DNA of 64,000 nt from IMG/VR virus record IMGVR_UViG_3300032138_000963; one strand, given 5' to 3'. The translations under genes and the position numbers were made by a program. Origin of the DNA: an uncultured virus (IMG/VR IMGVR_UViG_3300032138_000963). Lineage: Duplodnaviria; Heunggongvirae; Uroviricota; Caudoviricetes. Below are positions 1 to 10,454 of the stretch, piece by piece; the stretch's first letter is position 1, and each line of letters begins with the position of its first letter. A model generated the notes under the pieces. The model worked only from the letters and a program-made list of their open reading frames with translations, had not been told where the DNA came from and did not search any database.

Positions 1-1729
<1,729 letters not shown>

Positions 1730-1776
1730 TCAGGGCTCGCTTTGTACACGATTCAGACCTGTGTTAGGTTGCCCTC

Positions 1777-2925
1777 GTGCTCGCCACGCAGCAAGATAAA
1801 AAAGACGTGTGCCTGACGATGATCGTTCGAGACGAATCGAAGGTCATTGAACGATGCCTAAAAACGGTGCTCCCCTACATCGATTCTTGGGCCATCACCG
1901 ACACAGGATCCGAGGACGATACGATGGAGATCATCGAACGCGTCATGAAGGGCACGCCTGGAAAGCTCTACCAGGAACCTTGGGTCAACTTCGGAGCCAA
2001 CCGGACGATCGCTTTTCGGAATGCGCAAAACCACGGGAGATACTCCCTCATTCTGGATGCCGATGACGTTTTCACCGTCGAATCCGAATTCTCCTGGCCG
2101 AAGATGGAACTTTCCCACTACGAAATGGGTGTAGAGATGACGGGTACATCTTTCTCTCAAGCCCGGCTGCTGCGCACCGATCTGGATTGGGAATGGGCCG
2201 GAGCTGTCCACGAATACCCGGCCTTGGACGAATCGAAAGCAAATCTTCCGGCCCCGACTATTCACGGAGCCACCATCGTCTCAATGCCCGATGGCAATCG
2301 GCGGATGCTCGATGACAGCAGGAAATACCTGGCCGATGCCGAGCTTTTGGAGGCTGAGCTGAGAAGGAACCCGGAAGACCTTCGCTCAGTCTTCTATTTG
2401 GCGCAGAGCTACCGGGACGGCGGCAAGCTACAAAAGGCGATCGATGCTTACCGAAGGAGAGCTGCTGCTGGTGGATGGCCAGAGGAAAAGTGGTACGCGC
2501 AATATCAGGTCGGAGTGCTACTCGATCGCCTCGCAGACGAAGGCGACAACCCGGATCGGTCGACCGACCTCAGGGGAGAGTCCCTCCTGGCGCATCTTGA
2601 GGCATATCGAATGCGACCCGGCAGGATTGAACCGCTTGTAGCTCTCGCGCGAAGCTTGCGGATGCGCAACGAATACCATCTGGCGCACCTATTCGCTTCT
2701 CAGGTCGCTTACGCGGACATGCCAGGCGACCGCCTATTCATCGACATGGCCGCCTACCAGTGGTTCGCTCTCGATGAGTATGCAGTGTGCTGCTACTGGC
2801 TCGGAAAGCATGACGAAGCCCTAAGGGCGAATGCAAAGCTTCTCGAGGTTGCGCCAATCGATCAGGTTCCACGCATTCGAGAGAATATACGCCTCAGCAA
2901 AGAGGCTCTTTCAGGGAAAGAATAA
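1777..2925 (+). CDS. GT2-family glycosyltransferase with C-terminal TPR-like repeats
   Basis: VCLTMIVRDE..IERCL, DTGSEDDT, LILDADD (DxD), W.GAVHE; TPR-like FYLAQSYRD helices. Confidence 0.88.
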   Translation: MLATQQDKKDVCLTMIVRDESKVIERCLKTVLPYIDSWAITDTGSEDDTMEIIERVMKGTPGKLYQEPWVNFGANRTIAFRNAQNHGRYSLILDADDVFTVESEFSWPKMELSHYEMGVEMTGTSFSQARLLRTDLDWEWAGAVHEYPALDESKANLPAPTIHGATIVSMPDGNRRMLDDSRKYLADAELLEAELRRNPEDLRSVFYLAQSYRDGGKLQKAIDAYRRRAAAGGWPEEKWYAQYQVGVLLDRLADEGDNPDRSTDLRGESLLAHLEAYRMRPGRIEPLVALARSLRMRNEYHLAHLFASQVAYADMPGDRLFIDMAAYQWFALDEYAVCCYWLGKHDEALRANAKLLEVAPIDQVPRIRENIRLSKEALSGKE

Positions 2926-3958
2926 ATCTCTCAGCAAAGAGCCTCGGGTCCATTTTCTCTCGAGCCCAACGTGCCCCGCGCTCGGCCAGGGCTGGCAGCT
3001 CGTCAGGCCTCGAGCACACGTCGAGGAGCGCGGACTCGACAGCTTGGATGTCCACCTCCAGGTCTCGCGTGGGGGCAGGGAGGCTCACTATGGGGCACTC
3101 CGAACGCTCGAGCCCCGAAGCCCTCCAGACGGAGTCGGGCACCATCTGAGTCGTGCAAAGAGTTACGAGGCCGTCTCCCATGGCCTCAAGCGCGCTCATG
3201 CCTATACCCCCGATTTCGCTGAACTGATCGATGTAGACATGACACGCCCGGCGCTGACGAGCCAACTCCTCGTGTGGCACATGCGCACCGTCGGCCACTG
3301 GCCCTCCAATGCGCCTGTACTGGACTTGCGGCAGACGCTTTTGAACACGCTCCACGGCGGCATCGATTACCCTCGTCCCCTTGTGACCGTAGTCTGTCGG
3401 CGAATGGCATACCGTCAAGCTGTCCAACCGTTCCCAGCCGGCTGAGGGATCCGATTCTTCGACGCCGATAATGGGCTTGCCAAAGCAGGCCACCCCTTCC
3501 AAATCTCTCGAAAGCCTCCACAGGTCAGGAGAGGTGATCTGCCCGTCGAACCATTCCGCGTCCAGAGCGTTGTATCGCTCGAAATGCGTCCGATACGACA
3601 CGCCGGCGTGGAAAATGAATTTCCTCACCTTCGTCCATAGCGCTTCGCGCATTCCGAACAGCATCGCATTCAGATACGTCGAACCCTGGGCGTAAAACGA
3701 GTAGTAGTAGTCCGGAAACCCTTCCTCGGCCCAGACTAGAACGTCCAGGCCTTCGCGGATCCACGATTCCATCGCCGCTTTCTGGTCTGGCGTGGAGAAA
3801 TCGAAGTCAATGTGGTGCTTGCGCGGATAATCGAAGGGGTGAGGGGTGCAGCTACACACCCTGGCTTCCCACCCATCGAGGTAGGTGTTGATCGCCCACG
3901 AGATATCCGTACTGACATTCGCAAAGTCCTGAAAAGTTACGAACAGAATCTTTCGCAC
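2894..3958 (-). CDS. GT-B fold (GT4-like) glycosyltransferase
   Basis: HSPT...HKGT and YIDQF...GGIGMSALEAMG resemble the GT4 nucleotide-sugar-binding region. Confidence 0.7.
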   Translation of the reverse strand: MRKILFVTFQDFANVSTDISWAINTYLDGWEARVCSCTPHPFDYPRKHHIDFDFSTPDQKAAMESWIREGLDVLVWAEEGFPDYYYSFYAQGSTYLNAMLFGMREALWTKVRKFIFHAGVSYRTHFERYNALDAEWFDGQITSPDLWRLSRDLEGVACFGKPIIGVEESDPSAGWERLDSLTVCHSPTDYGHKGTRVIDAAVERVQKRLPQVQYRRIGGPVADGAHVPHEELARQRRACHVYIDQFSEIGGIGMSALEAMGDGLVTLCTTQMVPDSVWRASGLERSECPIVSLPAPTRDLEVDIQAVESALLDVCSRPDELPALAERGARWAREKMDPRLFAERFILSLKEPLC

Positions 3959-3965
3959 CTGCCCC

Positions 3966-4736
3966 TCACCTCCGCAACGGTCGACGATTTTTCGTAGACC
4001 CCTTTGGGGCGGCCGGCTTTTGAGGCTGCGGGCGCTCTACAGGCCCATCAAGGCGAGGCCATCCGTACCCCATCGCCGCGATGTCCTTTGCGTAGATCTT
4101 CGATACGCGATCGCGTAGATCATTCGTGTAGAACTTCTGCCATTCTGGCCAATGCCCGCTTTCGACGATCTTGTGCCCGGTCGCGGCATGGATGTTCTTG
4201 ATGGGCTTCCCCTCGAGCACGGGAGCAGGGAATACGCGCTCCGAAAATTGAGAGGGATCGAACTTGATATTGCAGGCCTGGCAGACCTCCTTCATTCCAG
4301 ACTGGACGTCCTCGAGGTACACCATCTTGTTGAACCTCAGACCTTCCAACCCCTCGAACTGCGGAAAAACGCTCGCGTCCTTTGGGCCCTCTTTCTCGAT
4401 CTGCTCGATCAGCGCCGTGAAGGAGCAGGCTCGCCCAAGCCCCTCATGGTTGCTCTGATTCCCTACAACCCAGACCTTGTAGAAGCTGACAAGCCTCTCC
4501 CAGGGATTTCTCACGACAACGAACTTGAAGTAGGGGTGGTCGTTGAATCCGTCCCGAGCAACATGGAGACTCTTGTCCTCGTACGGCAACGCGGAGTGTA
4601 CTGAGTTGTGATCCCCAAGCACCGGAAGATCTTTGTCATGGATGGCCAGGTACCACCTCTTGAGCAATGTGCTTCCGCATCGCCCGTTGGTGCACATGAT
4701 GAATTTGAATCGATCGCTTCTGTGTGCGTAGAACAT
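3966..4736 (-). CDS. Sulfotransferase family protein (carbohydrate sulfotransferase-like)
   Basis: 5'-PSB-like NGRCGSTLL and 3'-PB-like FVVVRNPWERLVSFY. Confidence 0.8.
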   Translation of the reverse strand: MFYAHRSDRFKFIMCTNGRCGSTLLKRWYLAIHDKDLPVLGDHNSVHSALPYEDKSLHVARDGFNDHPYFKFVVVRNPWERLVSFYKVWVVGNQSNHEGLGRACSFTALIEQIEKEGPKDASVFPQFEGLEGLRFNKMVYLEDVQSGMKEVCQACNIKFDPSQFSERVFPAPVLEGKPIKNIHAATGHKIVESGHWPEWQKFYTNDLRDRVSKIYAKDIAAMGYGWPRLDGPVERPQPQKPAAPKGSTKNRRPLRR

Positions 4737-5197
4737 TACTTCCTCCTAGCAGGATTTCCGTATACCAGCGCCCCTTGGGGCACGTCTTTCGTGACCACTG
4801 AGCCAGCTCCGACCATGCAATCCTCTCCGAGTGTTACCCCGCAGATGATCGTCGCATTCGCGCCAACGCTGGCCCCCTTCTTGATGAGTGTTTTTCTGAA
4901 CCTCTCCGCCCAGTCTCCTGCGGCTCGAGGCAGGATGTCGTTCGTAGTGACGACACCAGGGCCGATAAAGACCTCGTCTTCGACGGTCACCCCCTCGTAG
5001 AGGATGGCTCCGTTTTGGATCTTCGCTCGATTTCCAACGATGACGCCGGGGCCAATGTGGACCCCCTCCCCGATGACGCAATCTTCGCCGATTTTGGCAC
5101 CGCTGGACACATGGCTGAAGGCCCAAATCTTGGTGCCGTCGCCGATCTCGCAGCCCTCATCCACGATGGCGGTGTCATGGATGGATGCCTTACCCAT
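4736..5197 (-). CDS. Hexapeptide-repeat sugar N-acetyltransferase (WbpD/WlbB-like)
   Basis: Left-handed beta-helix repeats, FIGPGVVTTND, GASVGANATI, VYGNPAR. Confidence 0.92.
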   Translation of the reverse strand: MGKASIHDTAIVDEGCEIGDGTKIWAFSHVSSGAKIGEDCVIGEGVHIGPGVIVGNRAKIQNGAILYEGVTVEDEVFIGPGVVTTNDILPRAAGDWAERFRKTLIKKGASVGANATIICGVTLGEDCMVGAGSVVTKDVPQGALVYGNPARRK

Positions 5198-6026
5198 TCA
5201 TCTCCTCCTTCAGCTCGAGGAACTTCCTGTTACTGGCGAACCCGTCGATCCGCCTCCCTGACATAAACGCCTTCATCTCCAGCAGAAGTGGGGATGCCTT
5301 TTCGACGTAGACGGACTCGATCACGTTCTTGTTGTCTTCCGAGAGGCTGTACCTTCGGACGGTTTGCTCGATCAGGTCGCACACGAGATTGCAGTCCGTC
5401 TGACGAACACGGATCTCACGCTCCTTGTGGAACGTCTCGTTGCTCCAGATGAATCTGGCAATCTGCCCCTCGACCAGCTTAGCCGTCATGCAGAAGGTGT
5501 TTCGATTCCGGCTCGTGGTAACGGACGCGATGCAATCGTCGCCAAACAGTCTCAGTAACAGGTCGATGTCGTGCATTCCGACGTCGACGAAGCTGCTCTC
5601 CTTGATTCTCGATACCGGGCGTGCTGAGCAGCGTACGAAGTCGATGCTCAGCACGTTTTTCGGCGTCACATGCCTGCTCAGCGTCTCGAAGCCAGGGTTG
5701 AACCTTTCGACGAGCCCAACGGATACGTGGGCGCCCTGAACCAGCGGGAGGTCCCCCGGATCTATCACACCCGGCTTTTCCACGAGAACCGCAGTCGACC
5801 TTCTGGTCTCCCAAAGCTCTCTGAGCAGCTCGCCATGTGTGGATGCAGGAGTAGAGACGATGACGTGCGTGTGCATAGCGTAGGACATCACCGACTTCCT
5901 ACGCACAGGCCCTGCTTCGTGATCGAGATCCCGCCAGTACCAATCGATGTCGAGCATGTCGGCGTATTTCGCATGGAGCTTGCCCATGCTTCCGAAGCCG
6001 ATTATGAGTAGCTTCTTGGGATTCAT
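5190..6026 (-). CDS. Gfo/Idh/MocA oxidoreductase (WbpB-like)
   Basis: IIGFGSMG Rossmann motif, VLVEKP, VERFNP, DVGMHDID. Start moved to the ATG at 6026, which overlaps the upstream stop. Confidence 0.85.
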   Translation of the reverse strand: MNPKKLLIIGFGSMGKLHAKYADMLDIDWYWRDLDHEAGPVRRKSVMSYAMHTHVIVSTPASTHGELLRELWETRRSTAVLVEKPGVIDPGDLPLVQGAHVSVGLVERFNPGFETLSRHVTPKNVLSIDFVRCSARPVSRIKESSFVDVGMHDIDLLLRLFGDDCIASVTTSRNRNTFCMTAKLVEGQIARFIWSNETFHKEREIRVRQTDCNLVCDLIEQTVRRYSLSEDNKNVIESVYVEKASPLLLEMKAFMSGRRIDGFASNRKFLELKEEMNG

Positions 6027-6868
6027 CGTTCTCGAATGGCCTTTGCGGCGCCCTCGGCAATCGGGCAGTTCCCGGTGATTCCGAGCCTTTTGTAGGCCGG
6101 TTGCTCGTATACCACGTTCGGGTAGTGACCGTGCGATTCGTCGCGCATTCCAAGTTCGGACAACCAGGCTCGCCTGTGAATCTTCAGATTCTCGAGCCCG
6201 ATGAGGCAAAGCGGTTCGGCAAGCCGGAAGTTGAATCCAATGTGCTCGTGGTTGTACTTGCCAACCTGCCCCTGGTCGCAAATGGACCGGATCTTCTCAG
6301 CATCCATGCGAGATCCCTCGGGCACTGCGATCATACCGCCTTCGAACGTCGAGAAATTCTTCGTCTTGTAGAACGAAAAGCAGCCGACGTCGCCGATGGT
6401 TCCTGCAAGACGAGCTTCGCTCGAGGTGCTGAAGCAAGGCGTCTGCTCCGAGCTGTGACCAAAAGTGCAAGACGCGCCAAATGCCTGGGCTGCATCCTCA
6501 ATGACCATCAACCCGTGGGCGCGGGCAGCTTTCATGATCCGCGGCATATTGCACATCCGCCCATAGAGGTGAACAGGGATGATGGCCTTCGTCCTTTCGG
6601 TGATGGCACCCTCGATCAGCTTCGGATCGATCAGCTTCGAAACTGGATCGATGTCGACGAATACAGGTCTGGCGCCAGCGATTACGATTGCGTTCGCCGT
6701 CGCAATGAACGTGAACGGCGTCGTGATGACCTCATCCCCTGGCTCGAGGCCAAGGGACCAGAGCGCGGCGATCAGCGCGCTCGTGCCACTGTTCACGGCA
6801 ATCGCGTCTGCGACCCCAAATCGTTCGCGGAACTCTTTTTCGAAACAGTCTCGTACAAAAACAGGCAT
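6023..6868 (-). CDS. DegT/DnrJ/EryC1/StrS sugar aminotransferase (WbpE-like)
   Basis: NSGTSAL, PVHLYG, IEDAAQA, FSFYKTKN (PLP lysine), EGGM. Confidence 0.93.
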   Translation of the reverse strand: MPVFVRDCFEKEFRERFGVADAIAVNSGTSALIAALWSLGLEPGDEVITTPFTFIATANAIVIAGARPVFVDIDPVSKLIDPKLIEGAITERTKAIIPVHLYGRMCNMPRIMKAARAHGLMVIEDAAQAFGASCTFGHSSEQTPCFSTSSEARLAGTIGDVGCFSFYKTKNFSTFEGGMIAVPEGSRMDAEKIRSICDQGQVGKYNHEHIGFNFRLAEPLCLIGLENLKIHRRAWLSELGMRDESHGHYPNVVYEQPAYKRLGITGNCPIAEGAAKAIRER

Positions 6869-6894
6869 CTTCCTCTTCCTTTGGTCAGCTGGGC

Positions 6895-7413
6895 CTAGTA
6901 ATCCCAGGGCGATTTGTGCCCGAATGGGCTCCCGATCTCGGCGCTTTGCGGCTTCTTCTTCTCGGGTTCCGGCTCGCTCTTCCCTGGGGCGTTCTCCCAG
7001 TATCCGAAAAAGTAGTTCCCGAACTCGATCCTCGTCCAGCCCCTGAAATCTTCAGTGCTCCAGGCGCTTTGGTGCAGACCTGAATCCATCCAAAGCGGTG
7101 CGAGAACGTAGATTCTTCCGGAGGCGATGCGCTTTACCTGTCTGAGAAGCCCTTCGCCACACTCTCGTGTGAGATGCTCGAGCAGCTCAAGCATCAATAT
7201 GCACTCGAACTCGTTTTCTGAATATGGAAGTTCGGCACCTTCCAGATCCAAGAGCACGTCCGGGTTGAATCGCTTCAAGCGATCGATCTTGACCGTATTA
7301 TCGCTCACCGCAGAATAGGCACCGTCGCCGCATCCAATATCCAACGTCCGCTTCCCTTGAACATACGGCAACATGGTGTCGTAGAGAAATCGGTTCGTGT
7401 TGACGCGTCTCAT
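6895..7413 (-). CDS. Class I SAM-dependent methyltransferase
   Basis: LDIGCGDG motif I; LPY..NEFECI..LELLEHL. Confidence 0.82.
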   Translation of the reverse strand: MRRVNTNRFLYDTMLPYVQGKRTLDIGCGDGAYSAVSDNTVKIDRLKRFNPDVLLDLEGAELPYSENEFECILMLELLEHLTRECGEGLLRQVKRIASGRIYVLAPLWMDSGLHQSAWSTEDFRGWTRIEFGNYFFGYWENAPGKSEPEPEKKKPQSAEIGSPFGHKSPWDY

Positions 7414-7556
7414 GATCCTCGGAGCACGCGCCGGACGCGCGGGCGGCTCGGTGATAATCCTACAACCCGAGCCGCTCGGCTACAACCGCTCCCGCCGTTC
7501 TCCCTGTACCTCTCGCTGGTGGCCTGCAGAGCGGGCAAGCCTGTCCTGCGCCGTAG

Positions 7557-7628
7557 TCGGGGCGGTGGGATTCGAACCCACGCATGTCGGTACCAAAAAC
7601 CGATGGCTTACCACTTGCCGACGCCCCA
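7557..7628 (-). tRNA. tRNA-Gln(TTG)
   Basis: Cloverleaf; anticodon arm TCGGT-TTTTGGT-ACCGA; T-loop TTCGAAT. Confidence 0.9.
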
Positions 7629-7635
7629 ATATGGG

Positions 7636-7708
7636 CTGGCGAGGTAGGGCTCGAACCTACGACCTCCGGAACCAGAATCCAGCGTCTTACCAACTCGACC
7701 ACTCGCCA
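7636..7708 (-). tRNA. tRNA-Gln(CTG)
   Basis: Acceptor TGGCGAG/CTCGCCA; arm CTGGA-TTCTGGT-TCCGG. Confidence 0.9.
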
Positions 7709-7821
7709 GTGTGCTGCACGAAAAGCCGCTCAAGCCCGCGAGGGCCTGGCGGCTAAACTTGCTGCTCCTGGCGACGTCGAATCACGTCCCCTCTCTATCA
7801 CGGGGACTGGACGCGTGCAAG

Positions 7822-7905
7822 TGGTAGCCCCGCTCGGACTCGAACCGAGACGCACGAAGGCACCGGAGTTTGAAACCGGCGTGTCTGCCATTCCACCACG
7901 AGGCC
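7822..7905 (-). tRNA. tRNA-Leu(CAA)
   Basis: Long variable arm, loop TTCAAAC, A73, encoded CCA. Confidence 0.88.
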
Positions 7906-7906
7906 T

Positions 7907-7991
7907 TGGTACCTGGAGAGAGATTCGAACTCTCACGTCGCTGGGACAGCCGGGTCTGAGCCGACCGCGTCTACCATTCCGCCACCCAGGC
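7907..7991 (-). tRNA. tRNA-Leu(CAG)
   Basis: Arm GTCGG-CTCAGAC-CCGGC, long variable arm, encoded CCA. Confidence 0.92.
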
Positions 7992-8031
7992 ATAATGCGC
8001 CTCGTGTTTCAGCAACGGCGCCCCTGCTCAG

Positions 8032-8113
8032 TACCGAGAGAGGGATTCGAACCCTCACGTCACGAGGACACCGGATCCTTAGTCCAGCGCGTCTGCCGTT
8101 CCGCCACCTCGGC
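8032..8113 (-). tRNA. tRNA-Leu(AAG)
   Basis: Arm CTGGA-CTAAGGA-TCCGG; Leu-type D-arm and variable arm; A73. Confidence 0.88.
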
Positions 8114-8121
8114 ATTTGTAG

Positions 8122-8204
8122 TCCGTGGGGATGGAATCGAACCATCCTGCGCCAAAGCGCCGCCGGGTTACAGCCGGCTGCCATCACCAGAAAGCACCCC
8201 ACGG
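8122..8204 (-). tRNA. tRNA-Tyr(GTA), atypical
   Basis: Arm GCCGG-CTGTAAC-CCGGC, long variable arm, acceptor CCGTGGG/CCCACGG with A73, extended D-stem. Confidence 0.8.
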
Positions 8205-8272
8205 ATATTGGGTAGTCGATCCGTGGAGCTATAATATCGTTCGTCCATTTTCGTTCCTGTTCCTTTCAAAAG

Positions 8273-8348
8273 TGGTCGGGGTGGTGGGAGTCGAACCCAC
8301 CGCCTCCTGGTCCCAAACCAGGCGTCGCACCAACGCGACTACACCCCG
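8273..8348 (-). tRNA. tRNA-Pro(TGG)
   Basis: Acceptor CGGGGTG; arm CCTGG-TTTGGGA-CCAGG; encoded CCA. Confidence 0.92.
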
Positions 8349-8349
8349 A

Positions 8350-8424
8350 TGGCACCCCTGGAGAGACTCGAACTCCCGACCTCCTCGTCCGTAGCGAAGC
8401 GTTCTTCCACTGAACTACAGGGGC
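8350..8424 (-). tRNA. tRNA-Arg(ACG)
   Basis: Arm CTTCG-CTACGGA-CGAGG; encoded CCA. Confidence 0.92.
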
Positions 8425-8428
8425 ATCG

Positions 8429-8500
8429 CACGGCGTGAGAGATTTGAACTCCCATCCCATCGGTTCGAAGCCGAGGACTCTTCCGTTGAGCTAACGCCGC
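8429..8500 (-). tRNA. tRNA-Arg(TCG)
   Basis: Acceptor GCGGCGT/ACGCCGT; loop CTTCGAA. Confidence 0.88.
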
Positions 8501-8690
8501 AAAAACGACGTCTACTGGCCTTTACGCCACGCCGACGCCATGCGTGCCTGTTCTCCCGACCGGAGAACTACTGCACGGGACGGCGCGGCCGTGGATAGGA
8601 ATCCAGGCACAAAAGCAGCGGCAGGCTCGACAGCGATAGCTGGAGCTGCGAGGACGCTGCTAATGTCTGTTGGATTCCCATAGTGAGGGT

Positions 8691-8719
8691 GGTCTAGCTG
8701 GTTAAATCAGAAGCGTCAA
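8691..8719 (-). promoter_or_regulatory. Putative sigma70 promoter upstream of the main tRNA block
   Basis: TTGACG-N17-TAGACC on the minus strand in an intergenic gap. Confidence 0.5.
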
Positions 8720-8846
8720 GTGGCGCGCCACATTTTTCTGATACGCTCACAAGGATGGCAACGCGCCCAATCGATCCCGCCGGCATCCCGGCCTAGCCCA
8801 AGTTGAAGATGACCTTCGGCTTGGGCGGGCCCGGGAAGGTCGTGTC

Positions 8847-9116
8847 ATGTCGAAAGGTCGAGCGCTCCGGCGCTATCACAAAAAACGAATGCGCGCGCGC
8901 TGTCGAAAGCGCCTGCGAATCTTCTGGAAGGACTGCCGCGATGTCACTGAGGAGGACATCGAGCGCTGGGCTCGAGTTCGAGGCGACACCTACACCCTTT
9001 GCTCGTGTGTGATGTGCTGCAATCCGCGGCGGCGCAAGGGTGTCCATCTGACGATCCAAGAGCGCAGGTCCAACGAGAACTTTTCACAGCAGCTGCTCGA
9101 GCTGCCATTGGATTAG
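8847..9116 (+). CDS. Small basic Cys-motif phage protein
   Basis: Arg-rich N-terminus and CSCVMCCNPRR...TIQERR; resembles a small phage ORF type I recall. Confidence 0.65.
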   Translation: MSKGRALRRYHKKRMRARCRKRLRIFWKDCRDVTEEDIERWARVRGDTYTLCSCVMCCNPRRRKGVHLTIQERRSNENFSQQLLELPLD

Positions 9117-9189
9117 CTCTGGGGGTGGGGGTCGAACCCACAACCTTTCGGTTAACAGCCGACTGCTCAACCAATTGAGCTACCCCAGA
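9117..9189 (-). tRNA. tRNA-Asn(GTT)
   Basis: Acceptor TCTGGGG/CCCCAGA, loop CTGTTAA, G73. Confidence 0.92.
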
Positions 9190-9192
9190 ATA

Positions 9193-9268
9193 TGGCACCC
9201 CTGGACGGATTCGAACCGACGTCTTCGAGTTGAGAACCCGAGATCCTAGACCGCTAGACGACAGGGAC
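9193..9268 (-). tRNA. tRNA-Glu(CTC)
   Basis: Arm TCGGG-TTCTCAA-CTCGA; encoded CCA. Confidence 0.92.
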
Positions 9269-9274
9269 ATGTCG

Positions 9275-9348
9275 TGCGGGCGACGGGTCTCGAACCCGTT
9301 TCTCAGACTTGAAAGGTCTGGATCCTGTACCAGTTAGACGACGCCCGC
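9275..9348 (-). tRNA. tRNA-Glu(TTC)
   Basis: Acceptor GCGGGCG/CGCCCGC; arm CAGAC-CTTTCAA-GTCTG. Confidence 0.92.
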
Positions 9349-9513
9349 GTAGGTTTTGAACCTGCGTGGGAGTTGACTTGGCTGCCTTCAACGATCACCC
9401 ACGCAGGAACATCTCGCGTTCTCGTTCGAGAAGCGGGTTCCGGCGTGGGCAGATATTGAGGCGCAGGGCCATGACCAGGGCAACCTAGCCGAGGCCCTCG
9501 CGGCCGTCAAGAG

Positions 9514-9840
9514 TCAGTCCGACTTTTCTTTCGCAGCCTCCTCGGCCTCCTCTTTCTCAACCTCTCTCATCATCCTTGCCATTCGCCGGCGGCCGGACCA
9601 ATTCGAAATAGCTCCACCTCCAGCGAATACCCCAAGAACGCCTACCAGCAGAAAGATGGCCCCGAAGAAGATTGCAAACCCAACTAGAAATGGAACGAAA
9701 ATGACGAATGCCCAAGACCAGGAGGCTATCGGCTCGACTCCTACGAGTTTCAGGATGATGAATACGATCATCACCACGGTCGCCCCGCTGACGCCGCCGC
9801 CACTACTACCGCTACTGCTTCTTCCTTCGTGCATACTCAT
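9514..9840 (-). CDS. Small membrane protein
   Basis: Two hydrophobic segments (IVFIILKLVGV..SWSW); ATGA-coupled to the upstream gene. Confidence 0.75.
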   Translation of the reverse strand: MSMHEGRSSSGSSGGGVSGATVVMIVFIILKLVGVEPIASWSWAFVIFVPFLVGFAIFFGAIFLLVGVLGVFAGGGAISNWSGRRRMARMMREVEKEEAEEAAKEKSD

Positions 9841-10451
9841 CCTGCTCCTCTCAGCAGGCGCAGCTGCTCATTCGCGGCTTCACCTGGCTGACCAATCTCT
9901 CGCATAACATCGAGTCGCCGGATTTCATTCCCCCAGGCCCACCAGTTTTCTCGGCGGCGCCTGGCAAACATCTCGAGGCGGGGGCCGGGGCTGACACGTT
10001 CGATCTTCTCGTAGCTCTCGAGCGGCTTTTCCGAGTGTCGAGTCGTCTTGAGCAGCTCGCCGTCGCCAAACAAGGATGACTCGTCTCGCGTCAGCGAACG
10101 CTGCCTCCCCTTCACGCCGAACAGGCAAACCTCGTGCTGGCCTCGCAGGTATTGACCAAGCCCGAAGTGAGGCTTGGGCCAGACAGCCATTCGCACGTAT
10201 CGAAAACCGAGAGCCTCCATCACGAACATGCCATCCTTGGCGTAGTTGTCTGTGACCCACATCCACAGGTGACAATCCTTGGCGGGGTTCCAGTACCCGG
10301 ACTCGTGGATGACCTGGATGATCTCGTGCTTTTTCAGCGTTGGATAATGCTTGTCCGCACCACGCTTCGATTTGCCCCCGCCCTTTTCATCCCAGGGCGG
10401 GTCCATCAAGATGCAGTGGAATCGCGGCAGCCGTTGAACAAGCTGAAGCAA
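9837..10451 (-). CDS. MT-A70 family N6-adenine methyltransferase
   Basis: ILMDPPW, HLWMWVT, GLGQYLRGQHE, HSEKP, RLEMFAR. Confidence 0.92.
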   Translation of the reverse strand: MLQLVQRLPRFHCILMDPPWDEKGGGKSKRGADKHYPTLKKHEIIQVIHESGYWNPAKDCHLWMWVTDNYAKDGMFVMEALGFRYVRMAVWPKPHFGLGQYLRGQHEVCLFGVKGRQRSLTRDESSLFGDGELLKTTRHSEKPLESYEKIERVSPGPRLEMFARRRRENWWAWGNEIRRLDVMREIGQPGEAANEQLRLLRGAG

Positions 10452-10454
10452 CAG

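Noticed and set aside
5190..6281. 363-aa version of the oxidoreductase
   Set aside because: The extension overlaps the aminotransferase; the Rossmann motif starts right after the ATG at 6026.
7822..7905. Reading the loop as TCA (opal suppressor or Sec)
   Set aside because: The centred triplet is CAA and the body is Leu-type; genes use TGA as a normal stop, so there is no sign of recoding.
7397..8460. ORFs overlapping the tRNA cluster
   Set aside because: Translations of tRNA sequence with no protein features.
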